IMG/VR virus record: IMGVR_UViG_3300027969_000050
Span: 64,001 to 128,000 of that record
DNA: 64,000 nt
Direction: 5' to 3' (one strand)
DNA from: a virus
The notes below the pieces were generated by a model, which did not search any database, had not been told where the DNA came from, and saw only the letters and a list, made by a program, of their open reading frames with translations. Made by a program: the position numbers and the translations under genes. Positions 9,302 through 17,774 of this stretch are shown one piece after another. The stretch's first letter is position 1. The number at the start of each line of letters is the position of its first letter.

Positions 9302-10426
9302 ATGGCTTCATCACCGATTCCCAAGGCAGACCAATGGCTCGATCAGAGCATCAAGAACCACGCCGCAGGTAAGCGTGGGATCAACGCTCTGCTCGTCGGC
9401 CTACACGGCACCGGCAAGACGACGTATGTAATGGAGAGGGCAGCAGCCAAGGGTCTGAAAGTCGCCCTGTTCACCTGCTCGATCCTCGACCCGTACACCG
9501 ACTTCGTTGGCGTCCCGTTCCAAGTGATTACCAACGAGGGAACGCCGAGCGAATCGCGCTACCTAGAGAAGGTGCGCCCCAAGGCAGTGGACGAGTGCGA
9601 TCTCATATTCTTCGACGAGATCAACCGCGCCGCTCCGGTCGTCCTGAACGCAATGCTGGAGATCATTCAGTTCGGCACGATCAACGGCGAGAAGCTCCCG
9701 AAGCTGATCGGCTGCTGGGCAGCGATGAACCCGCCTGACGCGGGCTACGACGTGAACCCTCTCGACCCTGCTCTCGTGGATCGCTTCGACACTTTCTACG
9801 AGGTCAAGGCCAAGCCGTCCGTGAAGTTTATGAGCGCGTCAATGCGCCCAGAGATCGCTAAGGCTCTCGTCAAGTGGTGGGAGGGTATGGATCGCTCCAA
9901 GCGAGACAACACCGACTACATCAGCCCTCGCCGTCTGGAAAAGATCGGCATCTACTACGACACCTTCGGCACGTTTGAGGAAGCCCTACCGGCCTCTATG
10001 ACGGTCGAGCGGTCGAAGCTGGCTGACCTGCTCCGTGACGCTGAGAACCAAGGCAAGGGCGTCGCCGCAGCAGCCTCGCAAGGCGGCATCGGTGGGGCGG
10101 CCAACGCCACCCTGACCTACAACCGCGATTGGATCCGCGAGTACCCGTCGGCCACTGTTGCCGTCCTCTCGTCGGCACCGGACGATCTGACCACTCACAA
10201 CGCGGTCGTGGCTTGCTTCGACAAGACCAGCGGGGCGAACCTCGTCAAGGACGACGGCGAGGTACTCAACGCCATCAAGCCGTCGGTGCTGGAGGCCTTC
10301 GTCGCCGGACTGACGCCAGCCAAGGCCAAGACTCTGGCCGAGAACGTCGCTGTGCTGCCGCAGGCAGACCGTGACCGGCTCGCCAGCCTCGTCTCTGTGG
10401 TGGAGGCAGATGCCCAGAAGCGCTAG
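9302..10426 (+). CDS. MoxR-like AAA+ ATPase
   Basis: Walker A GLHGTGKT, Walker B IFFDEINR, sensor AMNP, LDPALVDRF. Confidence 0.88.
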   Translation: MASSPIPKADQWLDQSIKNHAAGKRGINALLVGLHGTGKTTYVMERAAAKGLKVALFTCSILDPYTDFVGVPFQVITNEGTPSESRYLEKVRPKAVDECDLIFFDEINRAAPVVLNAMLEIIQFGTINGEKLPKLIGCWAAMNPPDAGYDVNPLDPALVDRFDTFYEVKAKPSVKFMSASMRPEIAKALVKWWEGMDRSKRDNTDYISPRRLEKIGIYYDTFGTFEEALPASMTVERSKLADLLRDAENQGKGVAAAASQGGIGGAANATLTYNRDWIREYPSATVAVLSSAPDDLTTHNAVVACFDKTSGANLVKDDGEVLNAIKPSVLEAFVAGLTPAKAKTLAENVAVLPQADRDRLASLVSVVEADAQKR

Positions 10427-10467
10427 GGCAGCGGACAGGGCGGGGGGCTTCGGCTCCCCGTCCGGCG

Positions 10468-10492
10468 TTCCGTCCGACACCTCTGGTAGAAT
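10468..10492 (+). promoter_or_regulatory. CCGTCCGA-box promoter, copy 6
   Basis: TTCCGTCCGA-cacctcTGg-TAGAAT, then GGATACATCAACC; preceded by a GC hairpin at about 10441-10460. Confidence 0.8.
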
Positions 10493-10525
10493 GGATACAT
10501 CAACCGCAAGACTTTGGAGATTCTT

Positions 10526-11872
10526 ATGACCACCACCATCACACCTGACCAGCACTACCGCGAAGCGATCAAGTGGATTGACACCGAGGCCTACGCCTAC
10601 TTCGTCACTTCGATCCTGAACCTTGGCAAGCCCAACTGGAACAGCGCGATCCCCACAGCCTGCGTAGGCGTCCCTCAGGACGGCCAGCAGGGTCACGGCA
10701 GCACCAGCGGCTTTGAGTACCACTTTAACCCTCAGTTCGCTCTCAAGCTCCCAGCGTCCCAGCTTGCCTTCGTCGCAGCCCACGAGACGCTCCACATCGT
10801 CCTGAACCACCTCGCCCTGTCGGACAAGTACCCCGACCACTCGCTCTTTAACATCGCCGCCGACTGTGTTATCAACGACTACCTCGCCCAGCAGGGCTTC
10901 GACGTGCCTGAGTGGGTTATGACCGGCGAGAAGCAGGTCGGTTGGAACGCAGCGGATAGCACCGTCAGCGCCGTGTACGCGGCTCTCCAGCACCGTGAGC
11001 GCACCGAAGGCGGCTCTCCAGAAGCGGGAGAGGCCGGAGACACCTCAGGCGGCAGCGCAGGAGACGGCAGCCTCGTGGACACCCACGAGTGGATCCACGA
11101 CGCTACGGCGGAGCAGAAGGCCGCCGCCGAGAAGGCGTCCGGCGATCAGAAGGACGCTGGCAACCTGCCGCAGGAGGTCGAGGATCAGAAGGGCGACGCT
11201 CAAACCGGCAACGGTCACGGCATCAGCGGAGGGGGCGAGGGGCGCGAGTTCTTTAAGGACGGCTCCGTGACGCTCCGCTGGGAGGCTCTGATCCGCCGCA
11301 TCAACCCAGACGCCTACAAGCGTCACGCTCCGGCTCCAAGTTGGCTGCGCCAGCCGCCACGCCTGATCGGGAGCAACTGCCGCCTGCCTGAGTACCCAGA
11401 CGTGAACCGAGACCAGTCCGGCTTCGCAGAGCAGCCCGCTCTCGTCCTCGCTCTGGACACCAGCGGCTCGATCCAAGACGAGGACGCCCGCCGCTTTATC
11501 AACCTCGCTCGCTCGATCCCCCAGAGCAAGGTCAAGCTGTTCCCCATCACGTTCACAACCAAGACGATGGATCTCGATCTCGACAACCCGTACTACGAGG
11601 GAGGCGGCACCGACTTCGGTTGTATCGAGGCCTACATTCAGGCCAGCGTCGTGAGCCAGCTAGGCCACTACCCCAAGGCCGTCGTCGTCATTACAGACGG
11701 GCAGGCTGGCTGGCATCGTGGCCAGCACGTCGAGCCGTCAAACCGCAAGTCGTGGACGTGGCTCTGGACTCACAAGGGTACCTTTAACCGCTACGCCCAC
11801 AACTCCGGCTACGCCGAGGGCGAGACCTGTAACTTCGGAACCGCTGAGGCTCTCAGCGACTACACCAACTAG
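10526..11872 (+). CDS. DUF2201-type metallopeptidase with VWA domain (MoxR partner)
   Basis: HETLH zincin motif, N.AAD..IN, MIDAS LDTSGS, GGGTDF, ITDG. Confidence 0.88.
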   Translation: MTTTITPDQHYREAIKWIDTEAYAYFVTSILNLGKPNWNSAIPTACVGVPQDGQQGHGSTSGFEYHFNPQFALKLPASQLAFVAAHETLHIVLNHLALSDKYPDHSLFNIAADCVINDYLAQQGFDVPEWVMTGEKQVGWNAADSTVSAVYAALQHRERTEGGSPEAGEAGDTSGGSAGDGSLVDTHEWIHDATAEQKAAAEKASGDQKDAGNLPQEVEDQKGDAQTGNGHGISGGGEGREFFKDGSVTLRWEALIRRINPDAYKRHAPAPSWLRQPPRLIGSNCRLPEYPDVNRDQSGFAEQPALVLALDTSGSIQDEDARRFINLARSIPQSKVKLFPITFTTKTMDLDLDNPYYEGGGTDFGCIEAYIQASVVSQLGHYPKAVVVITDGQAGWHRGQHVEPSNRKSWTWLWTHKGTFNRYAHNSGYAEGETCNFGTAEALSDYTN

Positions 11873-11884
11873 GAGGGCTGGACA

Positions 11885-12715
11885 ATGGCTAACGAGATCT
11901 GGACAGACGTATCAGCAGTACCTACGAGCAGTGGCAACATCGTGACCGGAGGCAGCTACCACAACGCCGAGTGGCACCTAGAGGGAACGGATCTGAATCT
12001 GATCCAAGAGTCACCTCACCCTCAGACGGGAGAGGCTAGGGGCTTTACCCTCAGCACGATGGGCTGCTACCGCTCGTCAAAGCTGGAGGCCACCAGCGTC
12101 TCCGATGCGATGCTGGAGGTCGAAGCGATCTGCCAAACCGGCTGGCTTCGCCCTAGCCACCTTCACAGCCTGACGAGCCTCCGAGGCTGGGACAAGGAAG
12201 CTAACCAGTGGATCGAAGTTGAGGACGCGATGCTTCCAGTCAAGATCGGCAAGAAATGGCACTTTGTTATCTCGTCGGACGAGATCGGAGTGGGCGTCGG
12301 TCGGCCTGAGGTCGTGAACGTCTCGCAAGTTGTTCTGGGACGCCAGCGAGAAAAAAATTATTCTGGCTGCGGTCGCCACTGCGAGGACAGGCTGACTGAC
12401 CTAAAGCGGATCACGGACGCGCTGCCTGATTACAGCTACGAGGACAGGATTGGCGAAATGGTGGCAGCCGTCCAAACCGGAGGCTCAAAGACCACGCGCC
12501 ATCGCAACCACCCCGCCGCTGTCTGCTCAGTCTGCGCCGACGCTGCTGGCCTGCTGGCGCTGAGGAAGGCCTGCGAGTGTGACGATCACAAGTGGCAGGA
12601 CAAGTACGGCTACCCCAACAACGTCTGCGAGTCCTGCGACGGCCTGACGCCTTGGAGGGCATACACCGAAGCCAGCCCGCACCATCAGCCAAGGCCAGAG
12701 CGCGTCAAGGTCTGA
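11885..12715 (+). CDS. Zn-binding paralog family member 1
   Basis: PVKIGKKWHFV...CGRHC...CSVC; shared with 14941-15558 and 15719-16039. Confidence 0.75.
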   Translation: MANEIWTDVSAVPTSSGNIVTGGSYHNAEWHLEGTDLNLIQESPHPQTGEARGFTLSTMGCYRSSKLEATSVSDAMLEVEAICQTGWLRPSHLHSLTSLRGWDKEANQWIEVEDAMLPVKIGKKWHFVISSDEIGVGVGRPEVVNVSQVVLGRQREKNYSGCGRHCEDRLTDLKRITDALPDYSYEDRIGEMVAAVQTGGSKTTRHRNHPAAVCSVCADAAGLLALRKACECDDHKWQDKYGYPNNVCESCDGLTPWRAYTEASPHHQPRPERVKV

Positions 12716-12740
12716 GTCCGTCCGACAGTGTTGCTATAAT
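12716..12740 (+). promoter_or_regulatory. CCGTCCGA-box promoter, copy 7
   Basis: GTCCGTCCGA-cagtgtTGc-TATAAT. Confidence 0.8.
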
Positions 12741-12774
12741 ACCCATTACAACCCAACCACAGGAGTCAATCATT

Positions 12775-13563
12775 ATGGCCGTCAAGACCACCAACATCAT
12801 TCTCGCAGGAACCACCGTTATCCCCGTGAAGCTGGACAAGGCTACGGAGAGCGGAACCGACGTCAAGCTCAACCGCTGCTCGCCAGAAGGCAACGCGGTC
12901 AAGCAGACCTACCGCGATGAAGTCACAGGGCAGGTCTATGAGACCTCTGAGCTTCCCAAGGATCGTCTGTACGACGGCCACCTGATCGGCGGCGATGATC
13001 TCGCTGAGATTGACGCCGAGTGTAAGATCGAGGATCTGGAGGCGTCCATCGTCCCGATTAGCTCGATCCCTTGGCACTACGCCAAAGGCACCTACTACAT
13101 CTACCCTGATCCAAAGGCCAGCGCCGCCGTCAAAGGCATCTTTCACGCCTTTATGGAGGCAGCCCAGAAGGAAAAGCGGGCGCTGCTCTGTAAGTGGACT
13201 CCCCGCAGCCGTCAGTCGGCTCTGGCGATCACCTTTGACGGCGAGAAGGCCGTAGCGGTCGAGATCGCTTTCGCCGGTGACGTTCGCAAGCCGAGCGACA
13301 ACGCTGTGGAGTTCGCAGCCGAGAAGCCAGTCAAGGCCGTCGTGGACAAGGTGCGCGAAGTGCTAGTCGCCCTGACCGACGAGAACGCCTACGACGGTCT
13401 CAAAGACGAGGCCGTAGAGAAGCGTCGCTCGCTCGTGGAGAAGGTCGCCAGCGGCGAGAAGGTCGTCAGCACCAAGCCAGCCCGCAAGGCGGCAGACACG
13501 GCGACAGCGGTGGACTCCGTGATCGCAGATCTCGACGCGGCTCTGGCAGCCAAGGTGAAGTAG
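12775..13563 (+). CDS. ku: Ku-like DNA end-binding protein
   Basis: IPVKL..ATE, V.Q.Y, YYIYPD, basic/Ala-rich tail ending DL.AAL; AGGAG SD. Confidence 0.75.
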   Translation: MAVKTTNIILAGTTVIPVKLDKATESGTDVKLNRCSPEGNAVKQTYRDEVTGQVYETSELPKDRLYDGHLIGGDDLAEIDAECKIEDLEASIVPISSIPWHYAKGTYYIYPDPKASAAVKGIFHAFMEAAQKEKRALLCKWTPRSRQSALAITFDGEKAVAVEIAFAGDVRKPSDNAVEFAAEKPVKAVVDKVREVLVALTDENAYDGLKDEAVEKRRSLVEKVASGEKVVSTKPARKAADTATAVDSVIADLDAALAAKVK

Positions 13564-13600
13564 CGCAGCGCCTGATCCCTCAGACCGAGCAGCAAACCAG

Positions 13601-13626
13601 CGCCCCCGAAAGGGGGCGTTTGTCGT
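13601..13626 (+). terminator. Intrinsic terminator
   Basis: CGCCCCC-GAAA-GGGGGCG followed by TTTGTCGT. Confidence 0.8.
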
Positions 13627-14376
13627 TGTGCGACGATCCGCAAGTCGCCTAGCCAGAAGATCTGACTGCGCCGTTAGGACGAATAAAAAATAATTCTCGA
13701 GCCTTGCCAAACCGCTCTGGCCCGAAAACTCAGCAAAGGCGGGCTTAAAAATTAGCCGGTCTTCTTCAGCGGCAGGAAAAAATAATTTCCAACCTGACGG
13801 ATTCGCAACTTTGCGTTAGGGGTCAGTCGTTGTCCCTGAGCCAAGGGAAGTCGAAGCGGTCGTGGAGCATCAAACCGAGACCGACGACAGTGAGACCGAC
13901 GCCAACCAAGCCGTGATGAACCCTCGCGCCGAGAACCCAAACCCGCTGGGCTTGCCGATCCCAGACAATCACTGCGACCTCTTGCGTCTAGCCCACAAGA
14001 AATAAAAATAATTTGTGTGCCGGTTCCCAGTTGTCCCAGTCGTCCCTGTCGTGCCGGTCACTCCAGTTGTTCCCGTCCCAGTCATCGAAATAAAAAATTA
14101 CGCTGCTATCGGCGCCGGACGAGGAGGAACATCAACCGAGAAACCTTTGTCTAGTTCCAACTGACGGATCCCACGCCTGTCAGCTTCCCCTACAAAGGCC
14201 GTCCAAGCCGCTTTACGAGCGCCAATCGTGAACAAGATGACAGTCCAGCCGTCCTCTTGGCTGATCCTGTGTATCTGAGTGTGTCGGTACCCACAACTAG
14301 CGAGAAAGTCTGCGGCGTCGAAGTCGGTCATCGTACTGCTTACGGGTAAGAAAAAATAAATAAGAGAGTCCCACCC

Positions 14377-14405
14377 TTGACATCGACCTCCAAACCGCGC
14401 ATAAT
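14377..14405 (+). promoter_or_regulatory. SigA/sigma70-type promoter with upstream A-tract
   Basis: TTGACA-17 nt-CATAAT. Confidence 0.7.
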
Positions 14406-14444
14406 AATCGAGGCTATCCTGCCCGCCACATTAGGAGATCAGTA

Positions 14445-14597
14445 ATGAACCTCGTAGATAGTGTTCACGGTCGAGTGGATCCCTGCCGACTACCTGAGCT
14501 AGATGCTGCCGCTGCTAAGGAAGGGCGGCCAACCACACCGATCTATCAGGCGATGCTTCGCTGGAAAGAACAGCAGCAAGCCGCTAAGAAAAAATAA
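14445..14597 (+). CDS. Small hypothetical protein (50 aa)
   Basis: AGGAG SD; MNLVDSVHGRVDPC...AAKKK; below the ORF-track cutoff. Confidence 0.55.
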   Translation: MNLVDSVHGRVDPCRLPELDAAAAKEGRPTTPIYQAMLRWKEQQQAAKKK

Positions 14598-14651
14598 TAA
14601 TCATACACTCATCGTCATCCCGACCTGAGTGGGAAATAACTTTGCCCGTCG

Positions 14652-14676
14652 TTCCGTCCGACCTCTTTGCTATACT
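14652..14676 (+). promoter_or_regulatory. CCGTCCGA-box promoter, copy 8
   Basis: TTCCGTCCGA-cctcttTGc-TATACT. Confidence 0.8.
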
Positions 14677-14707
14677 GTGACTCACAGCAACTATCAGGAG
14701 GATTACG

Positions 14708-14941
14708 ATGTACCTAGTGACGATGAAGGACGGAAGCACAGAGCAGATCAAGTTCTTTGACGGCGGCGGCTGCTTCATTGGCGGCGGCGGCTACAACGTT
14801 GCCTGCTACGACGAGCAGGGCAACTTCTGTGAGATTCCACAGGCCGAGATCCTTTCGGTCGTGGACGAGAGCGGCGAGGTCTATACCGACTTCGGCAACA
14901 ACCTCTTTGACGGACACCCTTACCCAAAGGCGGTGGCGTAA
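14708..14941 (+). CDS. Hypothetical protein
   Basis: AGGAGG SD. Confidence 0.7.
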   Translation: MYLVTMKDGSTEQIKFFDGGGCFIGGGGYNVACYDEQGNFCEIPQAEILSVVDESGEVYTDFGNNLFDGHPYPKAVA

Positions 14942-15558
14942 TGAGCCATCTATGGAGCAAGGTCGAGATCGACAACGAACACGAGCAGAATTATTACAAA
15001 AACCGGTGGAAGTTGGAAGGCAGCCCTTTCACGATTGACCAGCGAAAGGACGTTGGTACTTGGCGGGCTGTTGCCGGTTCGCGCTCACAGCTTTACGGCA
15101 GTAGCGCCCGTTACTTTGGCGTCGCGTCGCTTGACAGCACGACACTCAAAGCCGCTCAAAAAGAGGTCGAGATCGTAGTTGAGCAGAGCTTCTTTCGCGC
15201 TCACAGCGGTCTCTGGAACCGAGGCCTTCTGACGACGGCTCAGTGGGATCCAGCGGCGCAGGAATACAGCGAGATCGAAAACTTCTTGCGGCCTGTTAAG
15301 GTCGGTCGCGGAAGCAAGAAATGGCATCTAGTGGCACGAGACGGCTACGAGGACGACAGCGGCTTTCAGCGCTTCACTCTCTGCGGCTACGAGTGCGAGA
15401 GCGAAGTCAAGCAGCAGGACGAGCTTGCGGCTGCCCTAAAGGACACTGGATACAGCCTCGATCAAGACCTAGCCCGACACGAGCTAGGAAACATCTGCTC
15501 TAAGTGCGCCGACGCCAATGGGCTTATCGTTATCAAGCAAGAGGAAGTGGTCGTATGA
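14941..15558 (+). CDS. Zn-binding paralog family member 2
   Basis: LRPVKVG..SKKWHLV...CGYEC...CSKC. Confidence 0.75.
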   Translation: MSHLWSKVEIDNEHEQNYYKNRWKLEGSPFTIDQRKDVGTWRAVAGSRSQLYGSSARYFGVASLDSTTLKAAQKEVEIVVEQSFFRAHSGLWNRGLLTTAQWDPAAQEYSEIENFLRPVKVGRGSKKWHLVARDGYEDDSGFQRFTLCGYECESEVKQQDELAAALKDTGYSLDQDLARHELGNICSKCADANGLIVIKQEEVVV

Positions 15559-15719
15559 CCTGTCCAGAGTGCGAACACGACGAAGTAATCGAGAGCGAGG
15601 TCGAGAGCGACCTGTGCGAGTGCCTGATCTGTGGCCTTGAGTTCGCCCTCAAACCGGCGTCGCCGGACAATGACAACGGCTGGGTAACGGCTGCCCCTAC
15701 TGTCTGGGTAGGCTCGTAA
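15555..15719 (+). CDS. Small zinc-ribbon protein
   Basis: ATGA overlap; CPEC...CLIC. Confidence 0.6.
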   Translation: MTCPECEHDEVIESEVESDLCECLICGLEFALKPASPDNDNGWVTAAPTVWVGS

Positions 15720-16039
15720 TGACCTTCATCTTTGGAAAGTCAGAGCGTGGCTTTGGATGCGACACTCCGGTTAGGCTGAGGCCTGTCAAACCGGACGGCA
15801 GCCGGAAGTGGCATCTAGTTGTGGAGGACGAGGACGGCACAGCGGCCAGCGGCGCGGCCAGACGATCCATCTGCGGCGTGAATTGTAACCAAAACGGGGA
15901 GATCCAACGTCAGGAGGAATTGGCCGATTCGCTTAGGCACACCGGCTACCTGCTCAGCGAGGATCTCAGCAGGATCCCGCCAAAACAGATCTGTGCGAGT
16001 TGTGTTGGCAGAGAAGGCGTAAAAGTGGAGGCCGAATGA
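15719..16039 (+). CDS. Zn-binding paralog family member 3
   Basis: LRPVKP..SRKWHLV...CGVNC...CASC. Confidence 0.7.
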   Translation: MTFIFGKSERGFGCDTPVRLRPVKPDGSRKWHLVVEDEDGTAASGAARRSICGVNCNQNGEIQRQEELADSLRHTGYLLSEDLSRIPPKQICASCVGREGVKVEAE

Positions 16040-16242
16040 CCAAGCGAAAACTACGAGCCGAAAACCGACGCTACAGAGACGCCCTAGAGGGCATACAGAC
16101 GATTGCCGACCTTGCCCTTCACGGAGACGAGGACGGCGGTCAGACGCTCTCTATTGACCTCACAGAGGGTATGGAGGGCATCGAAGCAATCAGCGACCAC
16201 GCCTTACGCGGCGACAACCCAAGAGAGAAAGCAGACCAATGA
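16036..16242 (+). CDS. Hypothetical protein
   Basis: ATGA overlap; start MTKRK. Confidence 0.6.
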   Translation: MTKRKLRAENRRYRDALEGIQTIADLALHGDEDGGQTLSIDLTEGMEGIEAISDHALRGDNPREKADQ

Positions 16243-16592
16243 TCTACCGAACAAGGCGATCAGCCTTTATGGTGCCAACCCTTCTGAGGCTTGCTCAGGA
16301 GTACGACAAGCAAGACTGTAAGCTGGTAGGGCGCAACCCTGACCCGCTGGAGCCTCAGTACCTAATCGAGTTTGCCGACGGCCATCAAGGCGCGGCTCAC
16401 GAATTGGAGTTGTTCACAGACATTAACGATGTCGGATACTCCGAGTTTGATTACCTGTCCTCGCTCGCGCCTTCTGAGGCAAAAGAGACGACGGGCAAAA
16501 AGATCAAGACAACCAAAACAAAGGTCAAAGCCATCAAACCGACCAAAGAAAAAACTGTGGCCGAGACACTGACGGAAAGGACAGCACGATGA
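16239..16592 (+). CDS. Hypothetical protein
   Basis: ATGA overlap. Confidence 0.65.
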   Translation: MIYRTRRSAFMVPTLLRLAQEYDKQDCKLVGRNPDPLEPQYLIEFADGHQGAAHELELFTDINDVGYSEFDYLSSLAPSEAKETTGKKIKTTKTKVKAIKPTKEKTVAETLTERTAR

Positions 16593-16849
16593 TTGACGGA
16601 GCTTACGCAATGGGAAGGCGTCACGCTTTAGAGCGCGGGCCAAAAACGCAGGCAGGCATTGAGTCAATCCAAGGACTCAACGAGATCGAATACCTCGACT
16701 ACCTTCGGGGAGTCAAGTCTGGCCTCAACGAGATCGTTAGCAACGCCGCCGGAATCGGTGAGCAAAAAATAATTGCTACCAAGATCCACGACCTCCCTTA
16801 CCCAAACGAGATCATTCATACCGAGTTCATAGGTGAGGACAATGATTAA
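16589..16849 (+). CDS. Hypothetical protein
   Basis: ATGA overlap. Confidence 0.6.
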   Translation: MIDGAYAMGRRHALERGPKTQAGIESIQGLNEIEYLDYLRGVKSGLNEIVSNAAGIGEQKIIATKIHDLPYPNEIIHTEFIGEDND

Positions 16850-17312
16850 GACAGGCGTCGTCCACGAAGGTCTAGAGATCTACCTGTCCAACCACGCCAA
16901 CGAGAGAGTCGTGGAGCGCGTCTATGGCGGCACCACCCGCAATGTGATCGCGCTGACCTGCGCCTTGATCGAAGGCTCAACCATCAGCGTCGCCCAGCCG
17001 GACTTTCTCGACTCAGAGAGTCACAGCAGAGACGGCACCCCAAGCTGTTGGCTAGTTCACGACAAGGCTGGAGTTCAGTTTGCGATGCCCCTTCACTATT
17101 TGGAGGTGAGAGGGAGGCAGTCGTTATGCGCCACAACCTGTCTCATTCCGTCCTACAAATCACGCAGACCTAAGGAAGCCAAGGCAAGCAAAAAGACAAA
17201 GCTGCGAAAGCACAAGATCGGTGGGCGTGGCAATGCCCCGATTTCATCACCAAACCGCATAGCCGGACGTAGCGCCGCAGCAAAGACGACGATAACGTGG
17301 CGGCAAGACTAG
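16833..17312 (+). CDS. Hypothetical protein with HA.ER..ER motif and basic tail
   Basis: LSNHANERVVER. Confidence 0.6.
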   Translation: MRTMIKTGVVHEGLEIYLSNHANERVVERVYGGTTRNVIALTCALIEGSTISVAQPDFLDSESHSRDGTPSCWLVHDKAGVQFAMPLHYLEVRGRQSLCATTCLIPSYKSRRPKEAKASKKTKLRKHKIGGRGNAPISSPNRIAGRSAAAKTTITWRQD

Positions 17313-17381
17313 CTGAGAGGCCGTTAGGGACGTTCTAAGCGCCTCTCAGGAGGTACAAACGGACAAGGAAGGTGGGAAGGT

Positions 17382-17618
17382 ATGACCTATGAGGAAAGAG
17401 ACACGTCGGTACGGATTGTTACCGAGACCGGCGCATCTTGGGAGGATGTGCCATCGGTTGAAACGTTGGCTAGGCTAATCGTTCTCGCCACTTATGCGAA
17501 ACCAGATCAAGGGGTTTGGAGGGCGATTGACCTATGGGATTTGTCGCGGCGAGTTGCGGCGCTACTACCTGACGCTGACGTTACGGCGGCTGTGGCTTTA
17601 GCAAAGATAGAATGGTAA
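17382..17618 (+). CDS. Hypothetical protein
   Basis: GGAAGG SD. Confidence 0.55.
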   Translation: MTYEERDTSVRIVTETGASWEDVPSVETLARLIVLATYAKPDQGVWRAIDLWDLSRRVAALLPDADVTAAVALAKIEW

Positions 17619-17774
17619 GTTAAGTCCCACAAACGGAAGGCTAAACCGACCGCTCAGGCGGTCGTTTCCGTTTGTCTCTCCAAACCGCGATTTCATCACG
17701 CACCAAACCGCGAACAAAGAGCGCTGGAAGCAACGCCCAGAAAACGATCTCCGTTATCTCGTGGCCGCGAAACT

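Noticed and set aside
9986-10993. 335-aa antisense ORF and similar shadow ORFs throughout
   Set aside because: They lie opposite well-supported genes and reflect GC-rich codon bias
6971-14676. CCGTCCGA repeats as CRISPR repeats or attC-like cassette sites
   Set aside because: Non-palindromic, with fixed spacing to an extended -10; this fits promoters, and no integrase is present in the window
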